From assembly GCA_040386535.1 (NCBI GenBank), contig JAZKFH010000013.1, positions 416,928-480,927 on the forward strand: 64,000 bases of DNA, read 5' to 3'. Source of the DNA: Myxococcota bacterium. GTDB taxonomy: Bacteria; Myxococcota_A; UBA796; SXON01. Shown here one piece after another: positions 9,608 to 19,857 of this stretch; the stretch's first letter is position 1, and each line of letters begins with the position of its first letter. Under the pieces are notes generated by a model. That model searched no databases and was not told the origin of the DNA. It saw only the letters and a program-made list of their open reading frames with translations. The position numbers were made by a program, and so were the translations under genes.

Positions 9608-10642
9608 CTACCCGGTGCAGAACCGGTCGGTCGTGGGGTCCTGGTCTACGTCGACCCAGAGCCCCTCGCGCCACACGGCCTGCTCGTCGTGCACCTCGAG
9701 GGCGAGGCACCCGATCTCTCCGTCGGGACACGCGATGCAGGTGTCCCCGAAGCTCGCCGCCAGGCCGCAGATGTCCATGTCCAGGCCCTCGGAGAGGGTG
9801 CGCGTGTCGAGCAGCCCGGTGAGCAAGAGGTCGTGCGCGGCGCTGCCGTCATCGGCAAACGTGCCGGTCACCGCGAGCGCGTAGATGCTGAAGGTGATGT
9901 CGTTGGCGAGCATCTCCGTGTCGAGCGGGCCGATCCCGAAGTCGGGGTGGGTCGTGTACGACGTGGGCGAAAAGTCGATGGCGTACGTGCAGGGGTACTG
10001 CGCGGTGGCGCCGCGGAACTCGTAGCCGGCGGCCCCGACCACATCGAGCTGCGCGGTGTCCGCGGCCTCGACCATGAACAGGATGCTGGTCGTGGCGAGG
10101 CTCCCGGCCAGGAACGAGCCCATCCCGGGGGCCACCCAGACGAGATCGCTGCTGTCGTCGAGCTCGATGTCGTAGGTGCGGTCGGTCAGGTCGACCGGGA
10201 GCGCCTCGCCCGGGGTCGTGAAGGAGGCGCTCACGGTGTCTTCGCACACGGTCGCCGTGGCCGTGTAGGTGGTGCCGTACGCGAAGTCGCTGTCGGGGAC
10301 GAACGTGGCGAAGGTGCCGCTGGCGCCGAGCGTCACGGTGCCCGAGACGCCGCCGTCGAGCGCGAGATCGGCTGCGGTCACCACCTCGGAGAACGTGGCG
10401 ACCACGGGCGCGTCGAGCGCCACGTCGAGCTCACCGTGCGCGGGCGACATCGAGACGACGGTGGCCGTGCAGGGGATGTCGGTGTCGGTGTCCGCGTCCG
10501 TGTCCGCATCGGTGTCGGTGTCCGTGTCCGCATCGGTGTCCGTGTCGGCGTCGCCGTCGGTGCCGATGGGGCCGGTGTCGTCGACAGGCTTCACGTCGGG
10601 CGTGCACGCGGAGAGGAGCAGGAAGGGGAGCCAGGTGCGCAT
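9608..10642 (-). CDS. Lipoprotein: Asp/Thr repeat + Ig-like (Big_5-like) domain + Cys-rich C-terminal domain (paralog 1)
   Basis: Lipobox LLLSA-C; DTDAD repeats; P...VALDAPVVATFSE...FVPDSDFAYGTTYT; C-terminal domain shared with the two neighbouring genes. Confidence 0.8.
   Translation of the reverse strand: MRTWLPFLLLSACTPDVKPVDDTGPIGTDGDADTDTDADTDTDTDADTDADTDTDIPCTATVVSMSPAHGELDVALDAPVVATFSEVVTAADLALDGGVSGTVTLGASGTFATFVPDSDFAYGTTYTATATVCEDTVSASFTTPGEALPVDLTDRTYDIELDDSSDLVWVAPGMGSFLAGSLATTSILFMVEAADTAQLDVVGAAGYEFRGATAQYPCTYAIDFSPTSYTTHPDFGIGPLDTEMLANDITFSIYALAVTGTFADDGSAAHDLLLTGLLDTRTLSEGLDMDICGLAASFGDTCIACPDGEIGCLALEVHDEQAVWREGLWVDVDQDPTTDRFCTG
10477..10552. repeat. Intragenic hexamer tandem repeats encoding (DT/DA)n
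   Basis: gtcggt/gtccgt/gtccgc repeats; protein DGDADTDTDADTDTDTDADTDADTDTD. Confidence 0.85.
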
Positions 10643-10759
10643 GAGGCCCTCGTTGCGGGGGGAGAAGGGATCCCACGGGATCGCCGCCGCCGCCGAGGCC
10701 ACCTATGGCTCGTCGGCGCGGCGATCAAGGATCGAGCAGCCGAATCTCGATGAAGGGGA

Positions 10760-11617
10760 CTACCCGTCGCAGACGGCGTCTTCAGCGGGGGGGCCCGATT
10801 CGCAGGCCTCGCAGTTGTTCCCGGGCACAAAAGCGACGGCCACGCCTTCGAGCTCGATGCCGGTGATGTCCTCGGCCACGAGGCTCAGGCAGAACTCCCC
10901 GCCGTCGGAGGGGCAGGCTTCGCAGGTCGCGCCGACGAACGCGGCGTATTCGCACACGATGCCCTCGGACCCGTCCCCGACCATCGCATCGAGGGGGCGC
11001 GTGTCGATCGTGCCCGAGAGCACGCCGTCCTCGAACGCGCTCCCGTCATCCTCGAACGTGCCGGTGACCAGCAGCTCCGTGAGCGCGATGGTCACGCCGC
11101 CCACGTCGAGCGACAGGTCGCTGGGCCCGATCTGGAAATCGGGGTTGCCGGTGAAGTCCGCGGTGGGGAAGTCGATGGTGGCGAGGCAGTAGTCCTGCTC
11201 CGCCGGGCTCGAACCCTCGACCGCGATGGTGCCGATCATCTCGATCTCGGTGTCGCTCACCGACACGACGCCGAGCAGGATCTCCTGCGTCAGGTAGCCG
11301 CTAAGAAAGCTCCCGATGCCGCTGGGCTCGGTGATCGTCGCGTCCGCGAGCGAGACCACGTAGGTCCGGCCGGTGAGGTCCTCCGTGACGTCGTCTCCCG
11401 TGTCGACATCGGTGTCCGTGTCGGTATCCGCGTCCGTGTCGGAGTCGGTGTCGGTATCCGAATCGGCGTCCGTGTCGGTGTCCGAATCGGCGTCCGTGTC
11501 GGTGTCCGTGTCGCCGCCCCCGCTGTCGTTGCCGATCGGACCGCTGTCGGTCGTCTCGATCTTGGTGTCTTCGGCGCAGCCGATGGAGAGGAGGAAGGCG
11601 AGGGAGAGCAGGCGCAT
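10760..11617 (-). CDS. Lipoprotein: Asp/Thr/Ser repeat + Cys-rich C-terminal domain (paralog 2)
   Basis: Lipobox LLSIG-C; DTDTDADSD repeats; DLTGRTY...GTIDTRPL...C..C..CP.DG..FC domain. Confidence 0.82.
   Translation of the reverse strand: MRLLSLAFLLSIGCAEDTKIETTDSGPIGNDSGGGDTDTDTDADSDTDTDADSDTDTDSDTDADTDTDTDVDTGDDVTEDLTGRTYVVSLADATITEPSGIGSFLSGYLTQEILLGVVSVSDTEIEMIGTIAVEGSSPAEQDYCLATIDFPTADFTGNPDFQIGPSDLSLDVGGVTIALTELLVTGTFEDDGSAFEDGVLSGTIDTRPLDAMVGDGSEGIVCEYAAFVGATCEACPSDGGEFCLSLVAEDITGIELEGVAVAFVPGNNCEACESGPPAEDAVCDG
11398..11512. repeat. Intragenic hexamer tandem repeats encoding (DT/DA/DS)n
   Basis: Repeated gtccgtgtcggt/gaatcggc units; protein DTDTDTDADSDTDTDADSDTDTDSDTDADTDTDTD. Confidence 0.85.
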
Positions 11618-11708
11618 GGTTGGCTCTGGTTCGGGAGTAGTATGCAGGAGAGAGGCGGGGGCCCGCCAGCATGGGACGCAGTCACACGTGTGATCGGGGT
11701 GCCGCTGC

Positions 11709-11743
11709 AAAACTGGAGAGAGCCAGGGTCGCCCCTGGCTCTC
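11709..11743 (-). terminator. Probable intrinsic terminator after paralog 3
   Basis: 11-bp perfect stem GAGAGCCAGGG/CCCTGGCTCTC (11718-11743) followed on the minus strand by TCCAGTTTT. Confidence 0.6.
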
Positions 11744-11784
11744 GTCCTGTCTGGCCCCGCTACGACGAGCGGGGCGTCAGCGCC

Positions 11785-12795
11785 TTACTCCTCGCAGATC
11801 GCGCCCTCGACCGGGGGGGCGGTCTCGCAGCCTTCGCAATCGCCCTGGGCGATGACGACGAGGGGGTTCCCGACGACCTCGAGGGCCTCGATCTGGTCGG
11901 CCACGAGGGTCAGGCAGTACGGCTCGTTGTCGGCCGGGCAGGCGCCGCAGAGCGCGCCGAAGCTGGCGGCGAGCTCGCAGATGGCGTTCGGATCGGGCTT
12001 CTTGGACGTGTCGACCAGGCCGACGAGCGGGCGGGTGTCGATCGTGCCGGCGAGGGTGCCGCCGGTGAAGTACGTGCCGTCGGAGGCGAAGGTGCCGGTG
12101 ATCTCGAGGTCACCGATCACGATCTCCAGGCCCGCCACCGCGAGGGTGGTGGTCTGGGGCCCGATCTGGAAGTACGGCTGCTCCGAGAAGTTGGCCACCG
12201 GGAACGGGATGCTGGACGTGCAGTAGTCCTGCACGGGGGGGACGGAGCCCTCGACGCCGATCGCGCCGATCATCTGGATCTCGGAGTCGTTCACGGACTG
12301 GACGCCGACCAGGATGTCCTGGGTCAGGTACGTGCCGAGGATCGCGCCGACGCCCGCGGGCTCGACGATGCGGGCCTCCGCGAGGTTGAGCGAGTACGTG
12401 CGGTCCTGGAGGATGTTCACGTCGGTGAGGGGCGTGCCGTCCGCCGAGGTGGTGAACGAGAGCTCGGACGCGCCGCGGCAGTAGTTGAGCGTGACCGTGT
12501 ACTGGGTCGACGGGTCGAGCGGGGCGTTGGGCGTGAAGATGATGGTCTCGCCGTCATCCACGACCGTGGTGGTGCCGACGATGTCGGAGGTCACGGTGGC
12601 GGTAGCGTCGGCCTCGGAGAGCTTGAACTCGATGGCCGCGCGGTAGTTGGCGTTCAGGGCGCCCGCGGTCGGGATCGTGCTGTCGATGCTGACCGTGCAC
12701 TCTTCGACGACCGGACCGCTTCCGGTGTCATCGGCTTTGTCGGCGCCCGTGCAGGCGGTGAACAACAGGGGAAGGAGCAGGAAGGTACGGGACAT
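11785..12795 (-). CDS. Lipoprotein: Ig-like (Big_5-like) domain + Cys-rich C-terminal domain (paralog 3)
   Basis: Lipobox LFTA-C; IIFTPNAPLDPSTQYTVTL; DRTYSL...GTIDTRPL...CGACPADNEPYC; SD-like CAGGAGA upstream. Confidence 0.85.
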   Translation of the reverse strand: MSRTFLLLPLLFTACTGADKADDTGSGPVVEECTVSIDSTIPTAGALNANYRAAIEFKLSEADATATVTSDIVGTTTVVDDGETIIFTPNAPLDPSTQYTVTLNYCRGASELSFTTSADGTPLTDVNILQDRTYSLNLAEARIVEPAGVGAILGTYLTQDILVGVQSVNDSEIQMIGAIGVEGSVPPVQDYCTSSIPFPVANFSEQPYFQIGPQTTTLAVAGLEIVIGDLEITGTFASDGTYFTGGTLAGTIDTRPLVGLVDTSKKPDPNAICELAASFGALCGACPADNEPYCLTLVADQIEALEVVGNPLVVIAQGDCEGCETAPPVEGAICEE

Positions 12796-12837
12796 GGTGT
12801 GGTCTCCTGGGTGCTCTCGTAAACGAGACGGCGGCGA

Positions 12838-12867
12838 ACTCTACACGGTCCCGTCACGGCCTGTCAA
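12838..12867 (-). promoter_or_regulatory. Sigma70-type promoter for paralog 3
   Basis: TTGACA (12867-12862), 18-nt spacer, TAGAGT (12843-12838). Confidence 0.6.
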
Positions 12868-13130
12868 CCCGGCTTTCCCGCGGCGTCCTTGAGGCGCTGA
12901 TCGAGATCATGACGCACCGCGTCGAGCAGGCGAGCCTCGTCCTCGTCCAGATTGCCCTTCGTCTTCTCCGCGAGGATGCCGAGCAGCTCCATGGTCTGGC
13001 GTGCCAGGTTCAGATCGACGGGGCGTTGGGGGCCGCCGGGCTCGCGCACGCCGAGGTGCATCAGGCCCGAGCTGGCGAGCGAGATCACGAAGGTGCTGAA
13101 GGAGATTGGCGCTTCGACTTGGCTTGACAT
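12864..13130 (-). CDS. DUF1844-like protein
   Basis: ISFSTFVISLASSGLMHLG...DLNLARQTMELLGILAEKTKGNLDEDE; SD GGAGG. Confidence 0.85.
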   Translation of the reverse strand: MSSQVEAPISFSTFVISLASSGLMHLGVREPGGPQRPVDLNLARQTMELLGILAEKTKGNLDEDEARLLDAVRHDLDQRLKDAAGKPG

Positions 13131-13185
13131 GGTTCCTCCTCTGGGCGGCTCGCCCTATCACGGGGGACGAGATAGTCCCGGCGCC

Positions 13186-13932
13186 GTGAAGCGGCTTCTC
13201 CTTGCTTTTCTCTGTGTCTTCGTGCTCTCCGTCCCGGAGGCGCGTGCGGAGCGTCCGCGCATGAGCGCGCAGGAGGCCTACGAGTTGGGCCTCCGCTACC
13301 TCAAGAGCGGCTCCTACACCAAGGCGCTCGAGCAGCTGAACCGCGTGCGCACGTACTACCGGGACGATCCCTACGCGCTCAAGGCCGAGCTCGCGATCGC
13401 GGACGTGCACTTCAAGAAGAACGAGTGGGACGCCGCGCGGGTGGCTTACGACGAGTTCCAGCGGGCGCACCCTCGTTATCGTGACCTCGACTACGTGGTG
13501 TACCGCCTCGGCCTCACGCTGTACCGCAAGGCCCCGACCGTGGCGGCCCGCGACCAGACGTGGACCCGGCAGGCGGTCGACACGTGGACCCGCTTCGGCG
13601 CGCGGTTCCCCGAGAGCGACTGGCGGGACGAGGTCGAAGCGGACCTCGGCAAGGCTCGTGCGCGCCTCGCGCGCAAGGAGCTGATCATCGCGCGGTTCTA
13701 TACGCGCCGCGAGTCGTGGCAGAGCGTGGTGGGGCGCGTCGAGCCGCTCCTGCGCAACTACCCGGACAGCCCCGACAAGGTCGAGGCCATGGGCCTGCTG
13801 GGCGAGGCCTACGCGGGGCTCGAGCAGCGCGATCTGGCCCGCGCGGCAGCCGACCGCCTGCGTGCCGAGGCTCCGGGAAGCCGGGCGCTTCGCCGAGTCG
13901 AGAAGGCGATCGCTGCTCCTCCGGCGAAGTAG
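13186..13932 (+). CDS. bamD: Outer membrane assembly factor BamD (TPR)
   Basis: TPR pattern YELGLRY...AELAIADVHF...YDEFQRAHP...RDQT...LARKELIIARFY; GTG start with signal peptide. Confidence 0.88.
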   Translation: MKRLLLAFLCVFVLSVPEARAERPRMSAQEAYELGLRYLKSGSYTKALEQLNRVRTYYRDDPYALKAELAIADVHFKKNEWDAARVAYDEFQRAHPRYRDLDYVVYRLGLTLYRKAPTVAARDQTWTRQAVDTWTRFGARFPESDWRDEVEADLGKARARLARKELIIARFYTRRESWQSVVGRVEPLLRNYPDSPDKVEAMGLLGEAYAGLEQRDLARAAADRLRAEAPGSRALRRVEKAIAAPPAK

Positions 13933-13986
13933 GCCGCGGTCGCGGGAGGGTTGCGGAGCGTCCAGGCGCTCCCAAAGTGCTCCCAG

Positions 13987-14019
13987 AAAAACGAACGGGC
14001 CCCGCCGAAGCGAGGCCCG
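13987..14019 (-). terminator. Intrinsic terminator of the SDR gene
   Basis: Hairpin CGGGCCTCGC-TTCG-GCGGGGCCCG followed by TTCGTTTTT on the minus strand. Confidence 0.7.
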
Positions 14020-14040
14020 CTGTCGCAGCGCCGAACGCTC

Positions 14041-14808
14041 TTAGAGCGTGAGCCCGCCGTCCACGTCGATGCAGCGACCGGTGAAGTAGTCACAGTCGAT
14101 GATGAACTTGACGGCGGAGAAGATCTCGCCGGGGGTGCCGACGCGGCGCAGGGGCACGGGCTTGAGCATGCCCTCGAGCACGTCGGGGCGCATGCCCTGG
14201 AGGATCGGCGTGTCGATGAAGCCCGGGGCGATGGCCGCCGTGCGGATGCCGTAGCGCGCGAGCTCGACGGCCCACAACTTCGTGTCCGCGATGAGGCCGG
14301 CCTTGGCGGCCGAGTAGTTGGTCTGCCCGGGGTTACCGTGGCGCGCGATCGACGAGATGTTGATGACGACCGAGGCCTTCGTCTTCGACTGGATCACGTG
14401 CGCCGCGAACTCGCGGGTGAGCAGGAACGGCCCGGTCAGGTCGACGTCGATGACCTGCTGCCAGTTCTTCAGCGACATCTTCTTGATCTCGCCCGTCTCC
14501 TTGTCCGGCTTGACGAGGAGCCCGTCGCGGAAGATACCCGCGTTGTTGATGAGGCCGTTGAGGCCCCCGAGGGCGGCGGCCGACTTGGTGACGAGGTCGA
14601 TGACCTGCGCTTCGTCCGCCACGTTCGCCACGAACCCGACGACCTTGCCGGGGAGGCCCTTGCCTTCGGCTTCGGTGGCGGCGATGCCGTCGGCCGAGAT
14701 GTCGCAGAAGGCGACGTTGGCGCCCGCGCCCGCGAGGGCGAGGACGAAGTGCTTGCCCATGCCGCTCGCACCACCGGTGACGAGGACGTTCATTCCCTGG
14801 ATGTTCAT
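14041..14808 (-). CDS. SDR oxidoreductase (3-oxoacyl-ACP reductase-like)
   Basis: TGGASGMG, NNAG, NYSAAK, IAPGFIDT. Confidence 0.92.
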   Translation of the reverse strand: MNIQGMNVLVTGGASGMGKHFVLALAGAGANVAFCDISADGIAATEAEGKGLPGKVVGFVANVADEAQVIDLVTKSAAALGGLNGLINNAGIFRDGLLVKPDKETGEIKKMSLKNWQQVIDVDLTGPFLLTREFAAHVIQSKTKASVVINISSIARHGNPGQTNYSAAKAGLIADTKLWAVELARYGIRTAAIAPGFIDTPILQGMRPDVLEGMLKPVPLRRVGTPGEIFSAVKFIIDCDYFTGRCIDVDGGLTL

Positions 14809-14936
14809 GAGGCTCTCCCAAAGGGGCGCAGGTCTAACATGCCGAGGCTGAGGTGCCGATGCGGACGCGGTGGGCGCAGCGGTACACCGGTCGGCGCGCC
14901 GCGGACGACCCGCCGCGAACGATCCGACCCGCCGCG

Positions 14937-17549
14937 CTACGCGGACAGCACCTGCGGGACCGCCGCCAGCATCGCCCCGATCTGCTCGGGATCCTTCCCA
15001 CCCGCCTGCGCGAGGTCCGGCCGGCCGCCACCCTTGCCGCCGACCATGGTGGCGAGCGCGCCGACGATCTTGCCCGCGTTGAAGCGGGACCCCGCGAGGT
15101 CCTTGCTCACCGCGACGAGCAGGCGCACGTCGTCCGCGTCGCGGGAGGCGAGCACGATCACGCAGGTGCCGAGCACGTCGCGGAGGCGGTCGGCCTCCTC
15201 GCGCAGGGTCTTGCCGTCGCCCTGGATCTCGGCGGCGAGGACCTTCACGCCGTCGATCTCCACCGCGCGCTCGCTCAGGTCACCCGCGGCGGCGCGGGAG
15301 GCTTCACGGCGGGCCGTGTCGAGCTCCTTGGCGAGGCGCGCCTTGTCGTCCAGCAGGCGCCGGATGGCCTCTACCAGCTTGTCCGGGGAGGTCTTGAGCT
15401 CCTTCGCGGCCGAGCGGGTCGTGGTCTCGAGGTCCCGCACGTAGGTCTGGGCGCCGACGCCCGTTTGCCCCTCGATGCGGCGCACGCCCGCCGCGATCCC
15501 GCTCTCGGACAGGATCTTGAACAGGCCGATGTCCCCGCTGCGGCGCGCGTGGGTACCGCCACAGAGCTCCTTGCTGAAGCCCTCGACCTGCACCACGCGC
15601 ACGTGCTCGCCGTACTTCTCCCCGAACAGGGCCATGGCGCCGCCCCGACGAGCGGACTCCACGTCCTGCACCTCGGTGAGCACGGCGTGGTTGGCGAGGA
15701 TCTGCTCGTTGACGAGGTCCTCCACCTTCTGGATCTCGTCGGTCGTCATCGCCTTGTGGTGCGAGAAGTCGAAACGGAGGCGGTCGGGGCCCACCAGCGA
15801 GCCCTTCTGCATGACGTGGCCGCCGACCACCTGCTTGAGCGCCGCGTGCAGGAGGTGCGTGGCGGTGTGGTTGAGGCGCGAGCGGTTGCGACGGGCGGTG
15901 TCGACCTCGAGCGTGACCACGTCCCCCACGCGCAGCGTGCCCGAGCGCACCTCGACCTGGTGGGCGTGGAGGTCCCCCGCGGGCTTGCTCGTGTCGAGCA
16001 CCACGGCCTCGCCACCGGGCCAGCGGAGCACGCCCGTGTCGCCCACCTGGCCGCCGCTCTCCGCGTAGAAGGGCGTCACGTCGGTGAGCACCTCGGCGCG
16101 TTGGCCCTGCACCAGCGCGCTGACGCGGGCGCCCTCGGACACCACGGCGCGGACGGTGCCGGTGTCGGTGTCACGGTCATAGCCGGTGAAGCGCACGCCC
16201 ACGTCCTCGACGAGCTGGTGCCACACGTCGGAGATCGACTCCTCGCCCGAGCCCTTCCAGGCGGCGCGCCCCTTCGCGCGCTGCTCCTCGCGGAGGCGCT
16301 CGTACTCGACGGTGTCGACCTCGAGCCCGCGTTCGGCCGCGATGAGCTGGGTCAGGTCGAGCGGGAAGCCGTAGGTGTCGGCGAGCGCGAACGCCGTGTC
16401 CCCCTGGACCCGGTCGGGGCTCTCGACGAAGGCCTTCTCCAGGAGAGCCATGCCGCGGTGGAGGGTGCTGGCGAAGCGCTCCTCTTCGATGCGCACGACG
16501 TCGAGGATGAAGTCGCGGCTGGCGCGGAGCTCGGGGTACACCTCGCCGAACTCCGCGATCACGACGTCGACGGTCTGGTAGAGGAAGGGCTGCTTGAGCC
16601 CCAGCTTCACGCCGTACCGGATCCCCCGGCGCATGATGCGCCGCAGCACGTAGCCACGCTCCTCGTTGCTCGGCATCACGCCGTCGGCGATGAGGAACGC
16701 GGTCGCGCGGCTGTGGTCGGCGATGACCTGCAGCGCGATGTCGGTCGCGCGGTCGGCGCCCTGTTGCACGCCCGCGATGGCCGCGGCGGCCTTCAGGATG
16801 GGCTGGAACAGGTCGGTCTCGTAGTTGGCGTAGACGCCCTGCACGATCGCCGCGACGCGCTCGAGCCCAGCGCCCGTGTCGATCGACGGGCGGGGGAGGG
16901 GAGTCAACGTCCCGTCCGCCGCGCGGTCGTACTGCATGAACACGAGGTTCCAGAACTCGACGTATCGGTTGTCCCCGCCGGCGGGGCCGCGCGTGTCGTC
17001 ACTCACCTCGGGGCCGTGGTCGTAGTGGATCTCGGTGCACGGGCCACAGGGCCCCGTGTCCCCCATCGACCAGAAGTTGTCGGCCTCGCCGAGCTTCTGG
17101 ATGCGCGCCTCGGGGAACCCGATCTGGTCGCGCCAGATGACCAGGGCCTCCTCGTCCTTCTCGTAGACCGTCACCCAGAGCCGGCTCGGATCGATCCCGA
17201 GCTCGACGGTGATGAAGTCCCACGCGAAGCGGATGGCTTCGGCCTTGAAGTAGTCCCCGAAGCTGAAGTTCCCCATCATCTCGAAGAACGTGTGGTGGCG
17301 CGGCGTGTGGCCCACGTTCTCCAGATCGTTGTGCTTGCCGCTCACCCGCATCACCTTCTGCACGGAGGTGGCGCGGTTGTAGGGACGGCGCTCCTTGCCC
17401 GTGAACACGTCCTTGAACTGCACCATGCCGGCGTTGGTGAAGAACAGGGACGGATCGTTCTGCGGAACGAGGGGGCTCGAGGCCACCACGGCGTGCGCGT
17501 GACGGTGGAAGAACTCGAGGAAACGGGCGCGCAGATCTGCGGAGGTCAT
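14937..17549 (-). CDS. alaS: Alanine--tRNA ligase
   Basis: FTNAGMVQFK, HHTFFEMMGNFSFGDYFK, IDTGAGLER, editing NHTATHLLH/ELCGGTH, C-Ala GGKGGGRPDLAQAGG. Confidence 0.98.
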   Translation of the reverse strand: MTSADLRARFLEFFHRHAHAVVASSPLVPQNDPSLFFTNAGMVQFKDVFTGKERRPYNRATSVQKVMRVSGKHNDLENVGHTPRHHTFFEMMGNFSFGDYFKAEAIRFAWDFITVELGIDPSRLWVTVYEKDEEALVIWRDQIGFPEARIQKLGEADNFWSMGDTGPCGPCTEIHYDHGPEVSDDTRGPAGGDNRYVEFWNLVFMQYDRAADGTLTPLPRPSIDTGAGLERVAAIVQGVYANYETDLFQPILKAAAAIAGVQQGADRATDIALQVIADHSRATAFLIADGVMPSNEERGYVLRRIMRRGIRYGVKLGLKQPFLYQTVDVVIAEFGEVYPELRASRDFILDVVRIEEERFASTLHRGMALLEKAFVESPDRVQGDTAFALADTYGFPLDLTQLIAAERGLEVDTVEYERLREEQRAKGRAAWKGSGEESISDVWHQLVEDVGVRFTGYDRDTDTGTVRAVVSEGARVSALVQGQRAEVLTDVTPFYAESGGQVGDTGVLRWPGGEAVVLDTSKPAGDLHAHQVEVRSGTLRVGDVVTLEVDTARRNRSRLNHTATHLLHAALKQVVGGHVMQKGSLVGPDRLRFDFSHHKAMTTDEIQKVEDLVNEQILANHAVLTEVQDVESARRGGAMALFGEKYGEHVRVVQVEGFSKELCGGTHARRSGDIGLFKILSESGIAAGVRRIEGQTGVGAQTYVRDLETTTRSAAKELKTSPDKLVEAIRRLLDDKARLAKELDTARREASRAAAGDLSERAVEIDGVKVLAAEIQGDGKTLREEADRLRDVLGTCVIVLASRDADDVRLLVAVSKDLAGSRFNAGKIVGALATMVGGKGGGRPDLAQAGGKDPEQIGAMLAAVPQVLSA

Positions 17550-17629
17550 CGTCGTACCTTGCTGTGGCAAAAGCCCCCTCCCTTATGCGCCGGGCGGCAC
17601 TCCTACAAGCCCCTTCGGGGGTCCCGCGC

Positions 17630-18709
17630 TCAGTCCGCGTCGTCCGTGAGGCCGGAGAGCCGAAGCGCCACCTCGTCCGGGTTGTTCGCGAAGCGCAGGC
17701 CTTGATCCTGTGCCACCTTGCCGTTGGTGATGTGGTCGTACAGCGCCTGATCGAACGTTTGCATGCCGTACTGCGCACGGCCCTTGCGGATGTGATCCCG
17801 CACCTCGCGAGTGCGCGACCCGTCCACGATGCACTCGTAGATCGTGCCCGTGTTGAGCATGATCTCGAGGGCCGCCACGCGCCCGCCGGCGGTGGCGGGG
17901 ACGAGCCGCTGGGAGATCACGGCGCGCAGCACCGAGCCGAGCTGGATCCGGGTCTGCTGCTGTTGGTGCGGCTCGAAGAACCCGACGATGCGGTTGATGG
18001 CCTCGTGCGCGTCGATCGTGTGGAGCGTGGCGAACACGAGGTGCCCGGTCTCCGCGGCGTGCAGGGCGATCTGCACGGTCTCCAGGTCGCGCAGCTCGCC
18101 GATCAGGATGACGTCGGGATCCTGGCGGAGCGCGGAGCGCAGGGCCTGGTGGAAATTGGGCGCGTCGAGCCCGACCTCGCGCTGGTTGACCACCGAGCGG
18201 CGATCCTCGAACAGGAACTCGATCGGATCCTCGATGGTGAGGATGTGGTGCTGCAGCGTGCGGTTGATCTCCTCGATCATCGCCGCCAGCGTCGTGCTCT
18301 TGCCCGAGCCGGTGGAGCCGGTCACGAGCACCATCCCACGGGATTCGTGCGACACCTTCTTGAGGATGGGCGGGAGCTCCAGCTCGTCGATTGTCCTCAC
18401 CTGGGTCGGGATCGCCCGGAGCACCGCGCCGATCCGCTGTTGGCTGCGGAAGACGTTGCACCGGAACCGCGCGACGCCCGGCACCGTATGGGCCAGATCG
18501 CAGTCGTTCGTGGCCTTGAACCGCTCGCGTTGGATGGGCGACATGATGTCCCACATCGCCTTGGCGAGCTCGTCGTTGTTCAGGGGCGGCAGCTCGCTGA
18601 TCGTGCGGATGTCTCCGTTGATGCGGAGCATCGGCGGCATGCCGACCTTGAGGTGGATGTCGCTCGCGTTGTTGTGCATGGCGAGGCGGCAGAGGGAGGC
18701 GAGGTCCAT
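17630..18709 (-). CDS. PilT/PilU-family type IV pilus retraction ATPase
   Basis: ASDIHL, Walker A GSTGSGKST, TIEDPIE, NQREVG, LRQDPDVILIGE, AAETGHLVFATLH, GMQTFDQ. The AIRNLIRE motif is diverged (EVRDHIRK), so this is a paralog rather than canonical PilT. Confidence 0.93.
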   Translation of the reverse strand: MDLASLCRLAMHNNASDIHLKVGMPPMLRINGDIRTISELPPLNNDELAKAMWDIMSPIQRERFKATNDCDLAHTVPGVARFRCNVFRSQQRIGAVLRAIPTQVRTIDELELPPILKKVSHESRGMVLVTGSTGSGKSTTLAAMIEEINRTLQHHILTIEDPIEFLFEDRRSVVNQREVGLDAPNFHQALRSALRQDPDVILIGELRDLETVQIALHAAETGHLVFATLHTIDAHEAINRIVGFFEPHQQQQTRIQLGSVLRAVISQRLVPATAGGRVAALEIMLNTGTIYECIVDGSRTREVRDHIRKGRAQYGMQTFDQALYDHITNGKVAQDQGLRFANNPDEVALRLSGLTDDAD

Positions 18710-18828
18710 ACGGAGGCTCCTGGGCGTCGAGGCCCGACGTGCCGCACTCTACCAAGCGCGCACTACCGCGGGGGCACGGGTGGGCGGCCGCCGCTGGGGG
18801 CAGCCCCTCCGTGCCTTGCGGCGCTCGC

Positions 18829-19857
18829 TCAGGCCTCGGCCTGCGCCCCGCTCACGACGGTCACCGCGGCCTCGCCCTTGCCCATGATCTCCTTGCGCAG
18901 GCGCTCGCGGAGCTCGGGGTGGTCGATGAGGTACTGGGCGGCCTTGTCACGGCCCTGGCCGATGCGCTCGTCACCCACCGAGAACCACGAGCCCGACTTG
19001 CGCACCGCGCCGACCTCGACACCGATGTCGATGAGCTCGCCCTCGGAGTTGATGCCCTTGCCGTAGATGATGTCGAACTCGACCTGCCGGAAAGGGGGCG
19101 CGAGCTTGTTCTTCACCACCTTGACGCGCGTGCGGTTGCCGATGGCCTCCTCACCGGCCTTGATGGAGCCGATGCGCCGGATGTCGAGCCGCACCGAGGC
19201 GTAGAACTTCAGGGCGTTGCCGCCGGTCGTCGTCTCGGGGGAGCCGAACATGACGCCGATCTTCATCCGGACCTGGTTGATGAAGATCATCGAGGCGTTG
19301 GACTTGTGGATGTTGGCCGTGAGCTTGCGCAGCGCCTGGCTCATGAGCCGCGCCTGGGCGCCGGGCTGCACGTCCCCCATCTCGCCTTCGAGCTCGGCCT
19401 TCGGTACGAGCGCCGCCACGGAGTCGACCACCACCACGTCGACCGCGCCGGAGCGCACCAGCGTGTCGGCGATCTCGAGCGCCTGCTCGCCGGTGTCGGG
19501 CTGGGAGATCAGCAGCTCGTCGACATTGACGCCGAGGGCGCGCGCGTAGTTCACGTCGAGCGCGTGTTCGGCGTCGATGAAGGCGGTGACGCCGCCCTTC
19601 TTCTGCGCCTCGGCGATGATGTGGAGGGTCAGGGTGGTCTTGCCGCTGGACTCCGGCCCGTAGATCTCGGTGACGCGGCCGCGCGGGATGCCGCCGACGC
19701 CGAGCGCGATGTCGAGCCCGATGCTGCCCGTGGAGATCGCGCTGATCTGCACGTGCTCATGGGCGCCCATCCGCATGATGGAGCCCTTGCCGTACTGCCG
19801 CTCGATGGCGGTGACGGCGGCTTCGAGGGCTTTGGCGCGATCGGGATCGATGGGCAT
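18829..19857 (-). CDS. recA: Recombinase A
   Basis: [55 protein letters not shown]. Confidence 0.99.
   Translation of the reverse strand: MPIDPDRAKALEAAVTAIERQYGKGSIMRMGAHEHVQISAISTGSIGLDIALGVGGIPRGRVTEIYGPESSGKTTLTLHIIAEAQKKGGVTAFIDAEHALDVNYARALGVNVDELLISQPDTGEQALEIADTLVRSGAVDVVVVDSVAALVPKAELEGEMGDVQPGAQARLMSQALRKLTANIHKSNASMIFINQVRMKIGVMFGSPETTTGGNALKFYASVRLDIRRIGSIKAGEEAIGNRTRVKVVKNKLAPPFRQVEFDIIYGKGINSEGELIDIGVEVGAVRKSGSWFSVGDERIGQGRDKAAQYLIDHPELRERLRKEIMGKGEAAVTVVSGAQAEA

Noticed and set aside
9608..12795. Multiheme cytochromes suggested by CxxC motifs
   Set aside because: None of the CxxC motifs is followed by His.
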